From: an uncultured Lentisphaerales bacterium
GTDB lineage: Bacteria; Verrucomicrobiota; Lentisphaeria; JABSQK01; UBA12247
Direction of reading: 5' to 3'
DNA length: 64,000 bases
Assembly (NCBI GenBank): GCA_943788985.1
Contig: CALSSJ010000026.1
Span: forward strand, 1-64,000
The stretch's first letter is position 1. Each line of letters starts with the position of its first letter. Positions 20,162 through 29,299 of this stretch are shown piece by piece. The position numbers and the translations under genes are program-made. Below the pieces are notes generated by a model. That model saw nothing but the letters and a program-made list of their open reading frames with translations, did no database searches and was not told where the DNA came from.

Positions 20162-21852
20162 TGGTCAGGCGAGTGGTAAGTAGGTTGACCTGCCTATGCT
20201 GCTCAGCCCGCCGGCTCCTTTGCCGACACATCATCGTGCTGGCGTTGCTGGCAGTGGCCAGCAGCAGTGCTGCCGCGGACCTCGCTGTCGCCGGCATTTT
20301 CCGGGATGGCATGGTGCTGCAGCGGGAGACGCTGGCACCGGTCTGGGGAACGGCGGATCCCGGTGCGACCGTGACGGTGAGCTTTGCCGGCCAGACCAAG
20401 CAGGCCAAGGCGACTGCCGGTGGCAAGTGGCAGATCAAACTCGACCCGCTTACGGCCTCATCCGAACCGGCAGTGCTGAAGATCTCCGCCAATTTTCAAT
20501 CTTCAGTATTCACTCTTCACATCTCAAATGTCCTCGTCGGCGAAGTCTGGCTCGTGGGTGGACAATCCAATGTAGACTGGACGCTCAAGAAACTGGTCGC
20601 AAAACCCGGTAGTCCAGAAGAGGCGGAGGCGTATCACTATCTGCTGAACGAAGTGGCCGCGGCGGATGATTCGTTGCTCCGGCAGTTTACGGTCGGGACT
20701 TCGGCTTCGCCGCTCAAGGAGCTTGAAGAGATTCGGGCCAACACCGGCTGGACACGCGCCGTGAAGGGGCAGGTCGCTGACTTTTCCGGCACCGGCTACT
20801 TCTTCGGGCGCGAGCTGCGCAAGGGGCTCGGTGTGCCCGTCGGGCTGATCGACGCCAACCGCGGCGGCACCGATATCGAGCCGTGGATTCCGAAGCGCGA
20901 ATATATGAAAACCGATGGGGGCAAAGCCTTCTTCGAACAGGAGACTGGCAAGCTGGCACCGGAGGCGATGAAGCAACACAAAGCCGCCTATCAAAAACAG
21001 CTGGCCGCATGGAAACAGCAGGCTGCAGAAGCCAAGGCAGCGAAAAAGAAAGCGCCGCGCAAACCTGCGGATCCGCTCAATGCCAACCGGGTTCCGGCTG
21101 CGCTCTATAATGCGTTCATTCATCCACTGGCCTCGTATGCCATGAAAGGCGTGGTCTGGTCTCAGGGGGAAAACAACACAGCGTATCGCACTGAACAGTA
21201 TCGCCAGAGCATGCTTTGGCTGATCGCCGGCTGGCGCAACCATTGGAGGCAAGAAGAGATGCCCTTTATCTGGTGCCAGCTGGCTAATAAGAACCATCCG
21301 AACACGGAGCCGAACGATGGCGATTCCTGGGTGTCGGTCCAAAACCAACAGCGGGAGGTGCTCGCACTGACCGAGAATACCGGTATGGCCGTGCTCAACG
21401 ACATCGGCGATGCACGTAACATTCATCCCAAAAATAAAGTGGATGCCGGCAAGCGGCTGGCAGTATGGGCCTTCAAGAAAGCGTACGGCAAAGAGATCGT
21501 CTGCAGCGGGCCGCTTTATAAGAGCGCTCAGGTTCAGGGTAGCAAGATTGTCATCAGGTTTGATCACGTCGGATCCGGGCTGATGGCAGGCAAGAAGATC
21601 GGGCTGGAGCCGACCCAAGAGGTGGACGAACCGCTGAAGCGCTTCCAAATCTGCGGGGCAGACCGACAGTGGCAATGGGCCGAGGCAAGAATCACCGACA
21701 AGAACACGGTCGACGTCTGGCACAAGGAGATACCAGAGCCGACGGAGGTTCGGTATGCCTGGTCAGCCAACCCGGCGGGCGCCAACCTGTACAACAAAGA
21801 AGGCCTGCCCGCGTCGCTTTTCAAAACCGGAGCCTTACAGGTGATAGAATGA
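20161..21852 (+). CDS. Sialate O-acetylesterase family (SASA) carbohydrate esterase
   Basis: Motifs GMVLQR, GEVWLVGGQSN, GVPVGLI, WSQGENN, NIHPKNK, VRYAW and NLYNKEGLPA. ATG 20161 overlaps the upstream TAA. Confidence 0.9.
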   Translation: MVRRVVSRLTCLCCSARRLLCRHIIVLALLAVASSSAAADLAVAGIFRDGMVLQRETLAPVWGTADPGATVTVSFAGQTKQAKATAGGKWQIKLDPLTASSEPAVLKISANFQSSVFTLHISNVLVGEVWLVGGQSNVDWTLKKLVAKPGSPEEAEAYHYLLNEVAAADDSLLRQFTVGTSASPLKELEEIRANTGWTRAVKGQVADFSGTGYFFGRELRKGLGVPVGLIDANRGGTDIEPWIPKREYMKTDGGKAFFEQETGKLAPEAMKQHKAAYQKQLAAWKQQAAEAKAAKKKAPRKPADPLNANRVPAALYNAFIHPLASYAMKGVVWSQGENNTAYRTEQYRQSMLWLIAGWRNHWRQEEMPFIWCQLANKNHPNTEPNDGDSWVSVQNQQREVLALTENTGMAVLNDIGDARNIHPKNKVDAGKRLAVWAFKKAYGKEIVCSGPLYKSAQVQGSKIVIRFDHVGSGLMAGKKIGLEPTQEVDEPLKRFQICGADRQWQWAEARITDKNTVDVWHKEIPEPTEVRYAWSANPAGANLYNKEGLPASLFKTGALQVIE

Positions 21853-21985
21853 ACCCTGTGGAATCAGGAGGATGTAAGCTGACCTCAAAATACCTGCTGG
21901 GTTGTGCGCTTTCAGCTTCCTTACTCGTTTTGGGGGAAGACACCAATGCCGACATGCCAAAGATAGAAACAGGAGAACACCGACC

Positions 21986-22783
21986 ATGATCATCCAGCAG
22001 AGATTCGTAATCAGCCCGCTACCGGTTGTCGTGGCCTTCCTGATTGCCGTTTCTGTTGGGGCTGAGCCGTCCCCGACGTGCGCCCCCGGCTTCGGTGGCT
22101 ACAGCTACCGCTTGCCTGCTTTCGAGAAGGGCAGTCGCATTCTGTTCCAGGGCGACTCGATTACCGACATGAAACGCCTCCAACGTGCCAGTGACCGCAA
22201 TCACTACTTGGGCCACAGCTATGTCTACCTTATCGCTGCCAGACTCGGCGTGGAAATGGCCGATAACCAACTCGATTTTATCAACCGCGGCAAGAGCGGC
22301 AACAAAGTTGCAGACCTGCGCAAACGCTGGCAGGAGGACGCCATCGACATGAAACCAGACGTGCTGACCATCCTCATTGGCACCAACGATGTCGAATTAG
22401 GCTTGCGAAAGCCCGAACGCGCGGTTACGCCGGAAGCCTTTGAAGCTGACTATCGGGCGCTTCTCGATGCCAGTCGTCAGGCCAACCCGAAGCTGCGGCT
22501 GGTACTCATGGAGCCATTTATCCTGCAATCCGGTCGCCTGAAGGGAGAGCAGGTATATACGACACGCCGGCCGTTGACCGATGCGCTGCGAGCGGTGGTT
22601 GCCAAGTTGGCCAAGGAGTATGACGCCGTGCACATCAAGACCCAGGACATCTTCGATGCTGCGGCCAAGGAAGTCTCGGCCGAGCACTGGATGTGGGACG
22701 GGATCCACCCGCTGCCACAGGGCCACGAACTGATCGCCCGCCACTGGCTGCAGCAGGTCAGCGCCCGCTGGCCTGCGGACTGA
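21986..22783 (+). CDS. SGNH/GDSL hydrolase
   Basis: Motifs ILFQGDSITD, NRGKSG, IGTND and DGIHP. RBS AGGAG lies upstream. Confidence 0.92.
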   Translation: MIIQQRFVISPLPVVVAFLIAVSVGAEPSPTCAPGFGGYSYRLPAFEKGSRILFQGDSITDMKRLQRASDRNHYLGHSYVYLIAARLGVEMADNQLDFINRGKSGNKVADLRKRWQEDAIDMKPDVLTILIGTNDVELGLRKPERAVTPEAFEADYRALLDASRQANPKLRLVLMEPFILQSGRLKGEQVYTTRRPLTDALRAVVAKLAKEYDAVHIKTQDIFDAAAKEVSAEHWMWDGIHPLPQGHELIARHWLQQVSARWPAD

Positions 22784-22810
22784 CAGATCCTGTAATAGGC
22801 TACTGAAGCC

Positions 22811-22897
22811 AACCACTGATGGACACGGATGAACGCTGATAAAGGACGATCCGCTACACAGCCACAAATCAGCGTTCATCAGTGGTAATCAGTGGTT
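22811..22897. repeat. Inverted repeat of 3 x 10-bp tandem units closing the locus (possible terminator or MITE-like element)
   Basis: aaccactgat ggacacggat gaacgctgat, a 27-bp spacer, then atcagcgttc atcagtggta atcagtggtt. Confidence 0.8.
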
Positions 22898-23607
22898 CTC
22901 GTCCCTCCCTCCTTCTCTGTTTGGCCGATAGCGCCTTCGCTCGCTAAGGGCAAAGCCACAGTCCCGACTCCTGCGATCGGCGTGCATTACCTCCAATCGG
23001 TTAAAGTGCACAGTCACATCACGCTCATGGGAGACTCCGTCTGCGGATACGCGAATAAGAACGGCAAGGACGACGCCTTCGAACGAATCTCTGATTAGGA
23101 GCGTAATCATATTGCGTTCTTGGGCACCGCCTCAGTCATGGTCACCGCAATTCGCATCGAGTGAAACCGATCCGGCAGTATTCTCCTCCCTCGCGCGAAC
23201 TCCATCCGAATCACAGGCTGTTCGGTGGATCACAACTTCGGACCTGGCATTGCCATGAGGGACTCGATCGCCAATACCATCTCTGGCTGTAATGGTGCGC
23301 AGCGATGGCGCGGAAGCTGACCCAAATGACTGTTGCCAAATGCGAATCGAATGCCGCAAAGTCACCGTAGGGAAAATTTGACTACCCGTAGCCTTATTAT
23401 GGCAGTATTATCGGCGAAAACGGCGATTGTTGCATCAGCCAAAACGCCTATGTGAAGCCCAACATCAAGATGGTCCTTGGCGGATTCGAACTCGCCTGAT
23501 TCAGCGACTCGCACTGTGTGTAAATCGCACGCACTGTGCCAGCTTTCCGCAGTTCTCACACCAGCCCCTTCTGCCAGCCCCATGACTCACCTACCACGTT
23601 CTCGGCC

Positions 23608-24675
23608 ATGAAGCGTAGATTGCCGGCCCTCGCAGAACAAAAGCCCTCTATCTACGATCTTCCGGCCCTCGAAGCGATATTGACCGCCAGCGGCCTGCGT
23701 CGCCCTGCCCTGCAGCGAATCCGTCGCCAGTGGTTTCGCGAAGGCGTGCCTTTCGAGGACGTCGACTGGAGCGGTCAGGCTGATGCCGTGCGCGGTGCCT
23801 TCACCGAGTCGCACCTCGAACTGGTCGAGCGGCAGGATTCGGCCGTAGACGGCGCCACCAAGCTACTCTTTCGCACGCTGGATGGGCGCATGCTGGAAAC
23901 CGTCATTCTGCGGATTGCCTCAGGACGAACCAGCCTCTGTGTCTCCTCCCAGACCGGGTGTACCGAGAAGTGCCGATTCTGTGCAACCGGAGCCATCCAA
24001 TTCTTTCGCAACTTGCATTGGTACGAAATTTTAGACCAGGTCGGGCAGGCATCGCGCCTCCTTGCCGCTGAGAATCGCCAGATCCGCAACATCGTCTTCA
24101 TGGGCATGGGCGAAGCCTTACGAAACCTCAAGAACCTCAGACGCGTCATCACCGACCTGACCACCGGAAAAAGCTTCCAGTTTGCTCCGTCCCACCTCTG
24201 CGTCTCCACGCTTGGGCTCGCAGACAAGCTGGTCGAATTTGCCCGCGAGTTTCCGCTGGTCAATCTCGCACTCAGCCTCAACGCAACCACAGATGCGGTG
24301 CGGCAGGACTTGATGCCGATTAACGATGTCTTTAACCTCGCCCAGATACGTGATGCCCTGGACCAACTCGTGCAGATCCGCGACGGCCGCGAGACGATGA
24401 TCAGCTACGTCCTGTTCGGCGGCGTCAATGATTCCCCTGCAGATGCCGAAGAATTAGCCCGCTACCTCACCGGCCTACCGGTGCACATCAACCTCATTCC
24501 GTTCAACCCTGATGACGCCAGTCCGGCCGATCTAAGCCCCAGCACTGCCGGGCAGACAGCCACCTTTCAACAGGTCCTGCGAGACCGCGGATACGCGGTA
24601 ACCCGGCGCTATTCCCTCGGCCAGGACGTCGCAGCCGCGTGTGGCCAACTCGCAAACCGGCCAACAGCCTGCTGA
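23608..24675 (+). CDS. rlmN: RlmN-family radical SAM RNA methyltransferase
   Basis: Motifs DGATKLLF, CVSSQTGCTEKCRFCATG (CxxxCxxC), NIVFMGMGE, NLIPFNP and AACGQL. Confidence 0.88.
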   Translation: MKRRLPALAEQKPSIYDLPALEAILTASGLRRPALQRIRRQWFREGVPFEDVDWSGQADAVRGAFTESHLELVERQDSAVDGATKLLFRTLDGRMLETVILRIASGRTSLCVSSQTGCTEKCRFCATGAIQFFRNLHWYEILDQVGQASRLLAAENRQIRNIVFMGMGEALRNLKNLRRVITDLTTGKSFQFAPSHLCVSTLGLADKLVEFAREFPLVNLALSLNATTDAVRQDLMPINDVFNLAQIRDALDQLVQIRDGRETMISYVLFGGVNDSPADAEELARYLTGLPVHINLIPFNPDDASPADLSPSTAGQTATFQQVLRDRGYAVTRRYSLGQDVAAACGQLANRPTAC

Positions 24676-24832
24676 CGCCTCGCCCTGCCCCCGCGCAGGA
24701 TCGCAGCGAAATATCCGTACATATCGAGACAGACCTTGCAGTAGGCTCAGGTCACCGTCTTGGCGTGCGCACTAAAGCTTCTCGTTTATGATGCCCGACG
24801 CGTGTGCGGGGACAATGAATCTTTGTGGAGTC

Positions 24833-25141
24833 ATGCTTGTGAACAGACGATTTTTACTCTCCCTCTTTCTAGCCCTACGCGTCGCAACGGCGACCGTATC
24901 TGCCCAAAACATTCGTTGGACCGGCGGCGACGGCAACTGGACAACGATTGGCAACTGGGATCTCGGCGTCGAGCCGACGGATGCCCACAACTTGGCCAGC
25001 ATCAACAACAACGCTGTCATCACGATCGACGCTGTCACCAATGCCACGCTGGAGAACGCGGATAACTCCGGCATGGATTCCGGCACCATCCTATTGCTCG
25101 GGACGCTGACAGTCGACAACGCCTTCGCTACGAGCGAGTAA
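24833..25141 (+). pseudogene. Short or truncated secreted beta-rich protein
   Basis: Signal peptide followed by WTGGDGNWTTIGNW...P, similar to the start of the repeat in the 1268 protein. It stops after about 100 aa. Confidence 0.45.
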
Positions 25142-25244
25142 CCGGTCAAGGATGGGGTACTTCCCCAAACAAGCCGTCGGAACTCGAACGAGTAAGGAGA
25201 CAGTCAGTCCATTGGATTTGCGGCCAGACAGTGACTCTCCCGGA

Positions 25245-25267
25245 GTCGACCTAGCAGGTCAACCTTC
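25245..25267 (-). repeat. REP-like palindrome, same family as 7581
   Basis: The minus strand reads gaaggttgacctgctaggtcgac. Confidence 0.6.
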
Positions 25268-25406
25268 GACAGAAGCAGCGAACCAGAAGATTCAACGTGC
25301 TTGCGGCACTGGCGTCACCGCTACAGGCCCCGAGGGTCGGCCACTCCCAAGTTGCTCCAGGCGCTGAGCGCCTGGAGCAAACGGGGTTGGACTGAGTAGC
25401 GCTGTC

Positions 25407-27872
25407 TCAGGTACCGAGACGGTTGCGACGCAGAATGTCGCCTGTGGTCTGTACGGTTGTCGGCGTGTGGCCAGGCAACGGTAGAACGCGCTCATGCACA
25501 GCGTCAATAATCCAATCCGACTGCGGGAAGAACACGTCCTCGATCTCCGCCGGAGGCGTGATCCAGTTGCGAGCACCAATGACGACAGCCGGGGCATCGA
25601 GGTAGTCGAAGGCAAGCTGTGAGATGTTGCTGGCCATGGTGTGCAGGAACGAGCCACGCTCGCAAGCATCACTGGTCAGAACCACACGGCCGGTCTTCTT
25701 CACGGACTCGACGATGACGTCGTAGTTCAACGGATTGATGAACCGGGCGTCGATGACTTCGGCGCTGATCCCGTGCTTCTCTTGCAGTTCGTCCGCTGCT
25801 TCCAGGGCGCGATACAAGGTGGCACCGATGGTTACGATCGTCAGATCCGAGCCCTGGCGACGAACGGCTGGCTCGCCTTCAGGCACTTCGTAGTACTCGT
25901 CTGGGACGCCGCCTTCAACGAGCATTTCAGGCATGTCGTAGAGGCGTTGGCTCTCGAAGAAGACTACGGGGTCGGTACCACGCAGAGCCAGATTGAGCAT
26001 GCCCTTGGCGTCGTAGGCGGTCGCTGGGAACATCACCTTGAGCCCGGGGATGTGTGCAACCATGCTGCTCCAGTCTTGGGAATGCTGTGCCCCGTATTTG
26101 CTGCCTACGGATACGCGCAGCACGAGCGGCATGCTCAGGACGTTCGCAGACATGGACTGCCACTTGGCCATTTGGTTGAAGATCTCGTCACCAGCCCGGC
26201 CCATGAAGTCACAGTACATGAGCTCGGCGACGACGCGGCCACCAGCCAATGCATAGCCAACTGCAGTACCCACAATCGCCGCCTCGGAGATTGGGGAGTT
26301 GAACAGGCGATGATACGGGAGAGCTTCGGTCAGACCGTTATACACGGCAAAGGCACCACCCCAATCGCGGTTCTCCTCGCCATAGGCGACCATCGTGGGA
26401 TCGGCGTAGTAGCGATGAATCATGGCCTCGAACAGCGCGTCACGTACAGCAATGCAGCGAGCTTTTGGCAGTGGTTTTCCGTCTGCATCCACGCCAGTGC
26501 GGGACTTGCGTGCATTCTTCTTGACACGCGGATTTTCTTCGAGCGTCAGCAGGGTGTCACCGGGGCCTTCAGCCATGGCTTCGACGTTGGCATCGGAGAA
26601 CATCATGTCACCGATGGCATCGCCAGCCACGCAGATGCGTGGGGAGGTTTCGAGGCATGTTGCCAGGCCTGCGACCTTCTCCAGCAGTTCTAGCGTCTTC
26701 TCGCGGCCGCTATCGATCTCGGTCTCACTCAGGTGACCGTTCTCGACCATGTAGCCGTTGTAGGCGGCTACGCAGCACTGCTCTTGCCACATTTCGATCT
26801 CTTCTTTGGTCCGGTAGGCGGACGCGTCAGACGGGGAGTGCCCGGAGATGCGGTAGGTGATGGTGTCAAGCAGCACGGGGCCGTTGCCAGCTTCGAGGAT
26901 TGCGCGCTTGCGCATGGTGGCGTCGGCCACGGCCAGCGGGTTGGAGCCATCGACACGCTCTGCATGCATGGCGAACTCGTTGACACCGGCACCGATGCGT
27001 GCCAACTTGCCGAAACCACTAGTTTCGCCTTCGGGCTGGCCGCCCATTCCGTAGAAGTTATTGATGAAGTTGAAGAGAATCGGTGGCGCACCGCCAAGCT
27101 CCGGATCCCACAGCTTCCGATACTGATCCATCGCGGAGAAGGTAATGGCTTCCCAAGTCGGGCCACAAGCGCTGGAGGCATCACCGATATTGGCGATGAC
27201 GATTCCGCCCTTCCGATTCACGCGCTTGAACAATGCTGCGCCAGTTGCGATGTCCGCAGAGCCACCGACGATCGCATTGTTCGGCATGCTGCCGAAGGGC
27301 GCAAAAAATGCATGCATCGAGCCGCCCATTCCCTTATTGAAGCCAGGCGCCCGGCCGAAGATTTCGGACAACGTTCCGTAGATCACGAAGGCCTGGGCCA
27401 AGTCGGCGATGCTGCCGCCGCTGAAATGTGGCTCGATGATGCGAAGGATGCTACCACCCATGTAGTCTTCCATGATCTTCTGCAGCTCGACGGCTGGCAG
27501 CTCACGAACGGCACGCATGCACTTTGCCAGGATCTCGCCATGGCTACGATGAGAGCCAAAGACATAGTCCTCGACGTTCAATGCCAGGGCTTGGCCCACC
27601 ACAGTGGACTCCTGCCCGATCGAGAGATGAGCCGGCCCCGCATGCTGATACTTCACACCGCGGAATGCCTCGGTAGTTTTGAAGATATGCAGCATGGTCT
27701 CGAACTCGCGGACCAAGGTCATGTCAGCCTGCACGTAGCGCAAATTGTCCACGCCCCAGGTCTTCAGCTCTTTATCCGGAGCGGAACGATACGTATTCAA
27801 CGGAATCGCAGGAATGACAAGTTTTCCTTTGGCGCGGACTTCCGTGGGATTGATGATTTGTGCCTTAGGCAT
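25407..27872 (-). CDS. Fused E1 alpha/beta TPP-dependent 2-oxoacid/acetoin dehydrogenase
   Basis: The alpha part has HLSIGQE, HRSHG, GGSMH, GDA...NN (TPP motif) and YRISGHS. The beta part has [18 protein letters not shown] and EVIDAR. Confidence 0.9.
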   Translation of the reverse strand: MPKAQIINPTEVRAKGKLVIPAIPLNTYRSAPDKELKTWGVDNLRYVQADMTLVREFETMLHIFKTTEAFRGVKYQHAGPAHLSIGQESTVVGQALALNVEDYVFGSHRSHGEILAKCMRAVRELPAVELQKIMEDYMGGSILRIIEPHFSGGSIADLAQAFVIYGTLSEIFGRAPGFNKGMGGSMHAFFAPFGSMPNNAIVGGSADIATGAALFKRVNRKGGIVIANIGDASSACGPTWEAITFSAMDQYRKLWDPELGGAPPILFNFINNFYGMGGQPEGETSGFGKLARIGAGVNEFAMHAERVDGSNPLAVADATMRKRAILEAGNGPVLLDTITYRISGHSPSDASAYRTKEEIEMWQEQCCVAAYNGYMVENGHLSETEIDSGREKTLELLEKVAGLATCLETSPRICVAGDAIGDMMFSDANVEAMAEGPGDTLLTLEENPRVKKNARKSRTGVDADGKPLPKARCIAVRDALFEAMIHRYYADPTMVAYGEENRDWGGAFAVYNGLTEALPYHRLFNSPISEAAIVGTAVGYALAGGRVVAELMYCDFMGRAGDEIFNQMAKWQSMSANVLSMPLVLRVSVGSKYGAQHSQDWSSMVAHIPGLKVMFPATAYDAKGMLNLALRGTDPVVFFESQRLYDMPEMLVEGGVPDEYYEVPEGEPAVRRQGSDLTIVTIGATLYRALEAADELQEKHGISAEVIDARFINPLNYDVIVESVKKTGRVVLTSDACERGSFLHTMASNISQLAFDYLDAPAVVIGARNWITPPAEIEDVFFPQSDWIIDAVHERVLPLPGHTPTTVQTTGDILRRNRLGT

Positions 27873-27921
27873 GATTGAGCCTCCTTACAGTAATTCGAAT
27901 TTGATTTTGATTCTAAGTAAA

Positions 27922-29286
27922 CTATTCAGCCAGGTGAAACAGTGCTTCCCGGAACACTTCGGAAACGGTCGGATGCGGGAAGACGATGTCACGGACGTCG
28001 CGAACTCGCAGCTCGGTCTCGAGCATGGCAGCCATGCCAAAGATCATCTCCGAGGCGTGCGAGCCAAACAGGTGCACCCCGCGCAGCACGCGTGATTCCT
28101 TCTCGACCAGGACCTTGCAGATGCCCTTGCCATTCTCGTTATCGGTGAGAAAGCGGCCGTTGGCCGTCATGGGGAAGCTGGCCACGTCAAATGCCGTGCC
28201 CTCTGCTTTAAGTGACGCCTCGGTCTCGCCAACACCAGCGACCTCGGGATCGGTGTAAATCACCCACGGAATCGCATTGTAGCGCATGACGTCTGGACGC
28301 CCGACGATGTGATTCACGGCGACTTCGCCCATCCGGGATGCGGTGTGCGCAAGCGCAGCCTTGCCGGTGACATCACCCGCCGCGTAGACCCCAGGCACGT
28401 TCGTGCGCATGTGGTCATCCACCGCGATTCCGAAGCGATCGAAATCCAAGCCGATGGTCTCGAATCCGAGCCCCTCGACATTCGGCCGACGACCAACTGA
28501 CATCAGGACCAGATCTGCAGGAATCTCCTCGACGCCGTTGGCTGTCTCGACCTTCACTACATCCGCGGTGATCTCGGTCACTTTGGTGCCCAGCTTGTAG
28601 GTCACGCGCGGCAGAGCCTTGCGCAGCATAACAGCCAATTCAGGATCGATGCCCGGGACAATTTCCGGCAACATCTCGACGACCGTGACCGGCACGCCGA
28701 CGTTGGACAGGAAGCAGGCGAACTCCATACCGATCACGCCACCGCCCATAATCACCGCTGCCTTTGGCAAGGTCTTGATCTCCAGCATTTCCGTACTCGT
28801 CACTACGTGTGGCAGATCATACCCGGGAATCGGGATCCGCACTGGCGCAGAGCCGGTCGAGATCAACACATTCTTGGCTTCGATCTGAGTCTCGGTCCCG
28901 TCTTCTGCGGTGATCGCAAGTTTGTTGGGTCCCGCGAAGCAACCCCAGCCCTTGTGTACATCGACCTTGTTGGACTTCATCAGATAGCCAATCCCGCCGC
29001 GTAGTTTCTGGATGACGGAGGTCTTCCGCTCCATTGCGACGCTGAGGTCGAAACTGATGTCGCCGCTGACGGAGACACCATAGGCGCCTGCATTCTGGGC
29101 GGTCTTGAAGATCTTGGACGAGTAGAGCAGCGTCTTGGAGGGAATGCAGCCATGATTGAGACAGACCCCGCCCAGATTCGCGTTCTCGATCACTGCGGCC
29201 CGCAAGTCATGTGCGCCTGCGCGCTCAGCCGCTACGTACCCACCTGGGCCACCGCCCAGAATTGCTAAATCGTATACGTCACTCAT
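27922..29286 (-). CDS. lpdA: Dihydrolipoyl dehydrogenase (E3)
   Basis: Motifs GGGPGGYVAA, GGVCLNHGCIPSK, GGGVIG and HPTVSE. Confidence 0.95.
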   Translation of the reverse strand: MSDVYDLAILGGGPGGYVAAERAGAHDLRAAVIENANLGGVCLNHGCIPSKTLLYSSKIFKTAQNAGAYGVSVSGDISFDLSVAMERKTSVIQKLRGGIGYLMKSNKVDVHKGWGCFAGPNKLAITAEDGTETQIEAKNVLISTGSAPVRIPIPGYDLPHVVTSTEMLEIKTLPKAAVIMGGGVIGMEFACFLSNVGVPVTVVEMLPEIVPGIDPELAVMLRKALPRVTYKLGTKVTEITADVVKVETANGVEEIPADLVLMSVGRRPNVEGLGFETIGLDFDRFGIAVDDHMRTNVPGVYAAGDVTGKAALAHTASRMGEVAVNHIVGRPDVMRYNAIPWVIYTDPEVAGVGETEASLKAEGTAFDVASFPMTANGRFLTDNENGKGICKVLVEKESRVLRGVHLFGSHASEMIFGMAAMLETELRVRDVRDIVFPHPTVSEVFREALFHLAE

Positions 29287-29299
29287 AATTCACTCTCCT

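Noticed and set aside
14435..21723. Long antisense ORFs (14435..15481, 15488..16981, 19019..20068, 20524..21723) and similar ones opposite E1
   Set aside because: They are shadow ORFs of GC-rich genes with no recognisable motifs.
22811..22897. CRISPR array or tRNA
   Set aside because: The units are 10 bp, contiguous and inverted, with no spacers, no cas genes and no cloverleaf.
23608..24675. Cfr-type resistance methyltransferase
   Set aside because: The visible motifs are shared across the RlmN/Cfr family. Nothing specific supports Cfr, and a phylogeny would be needed.
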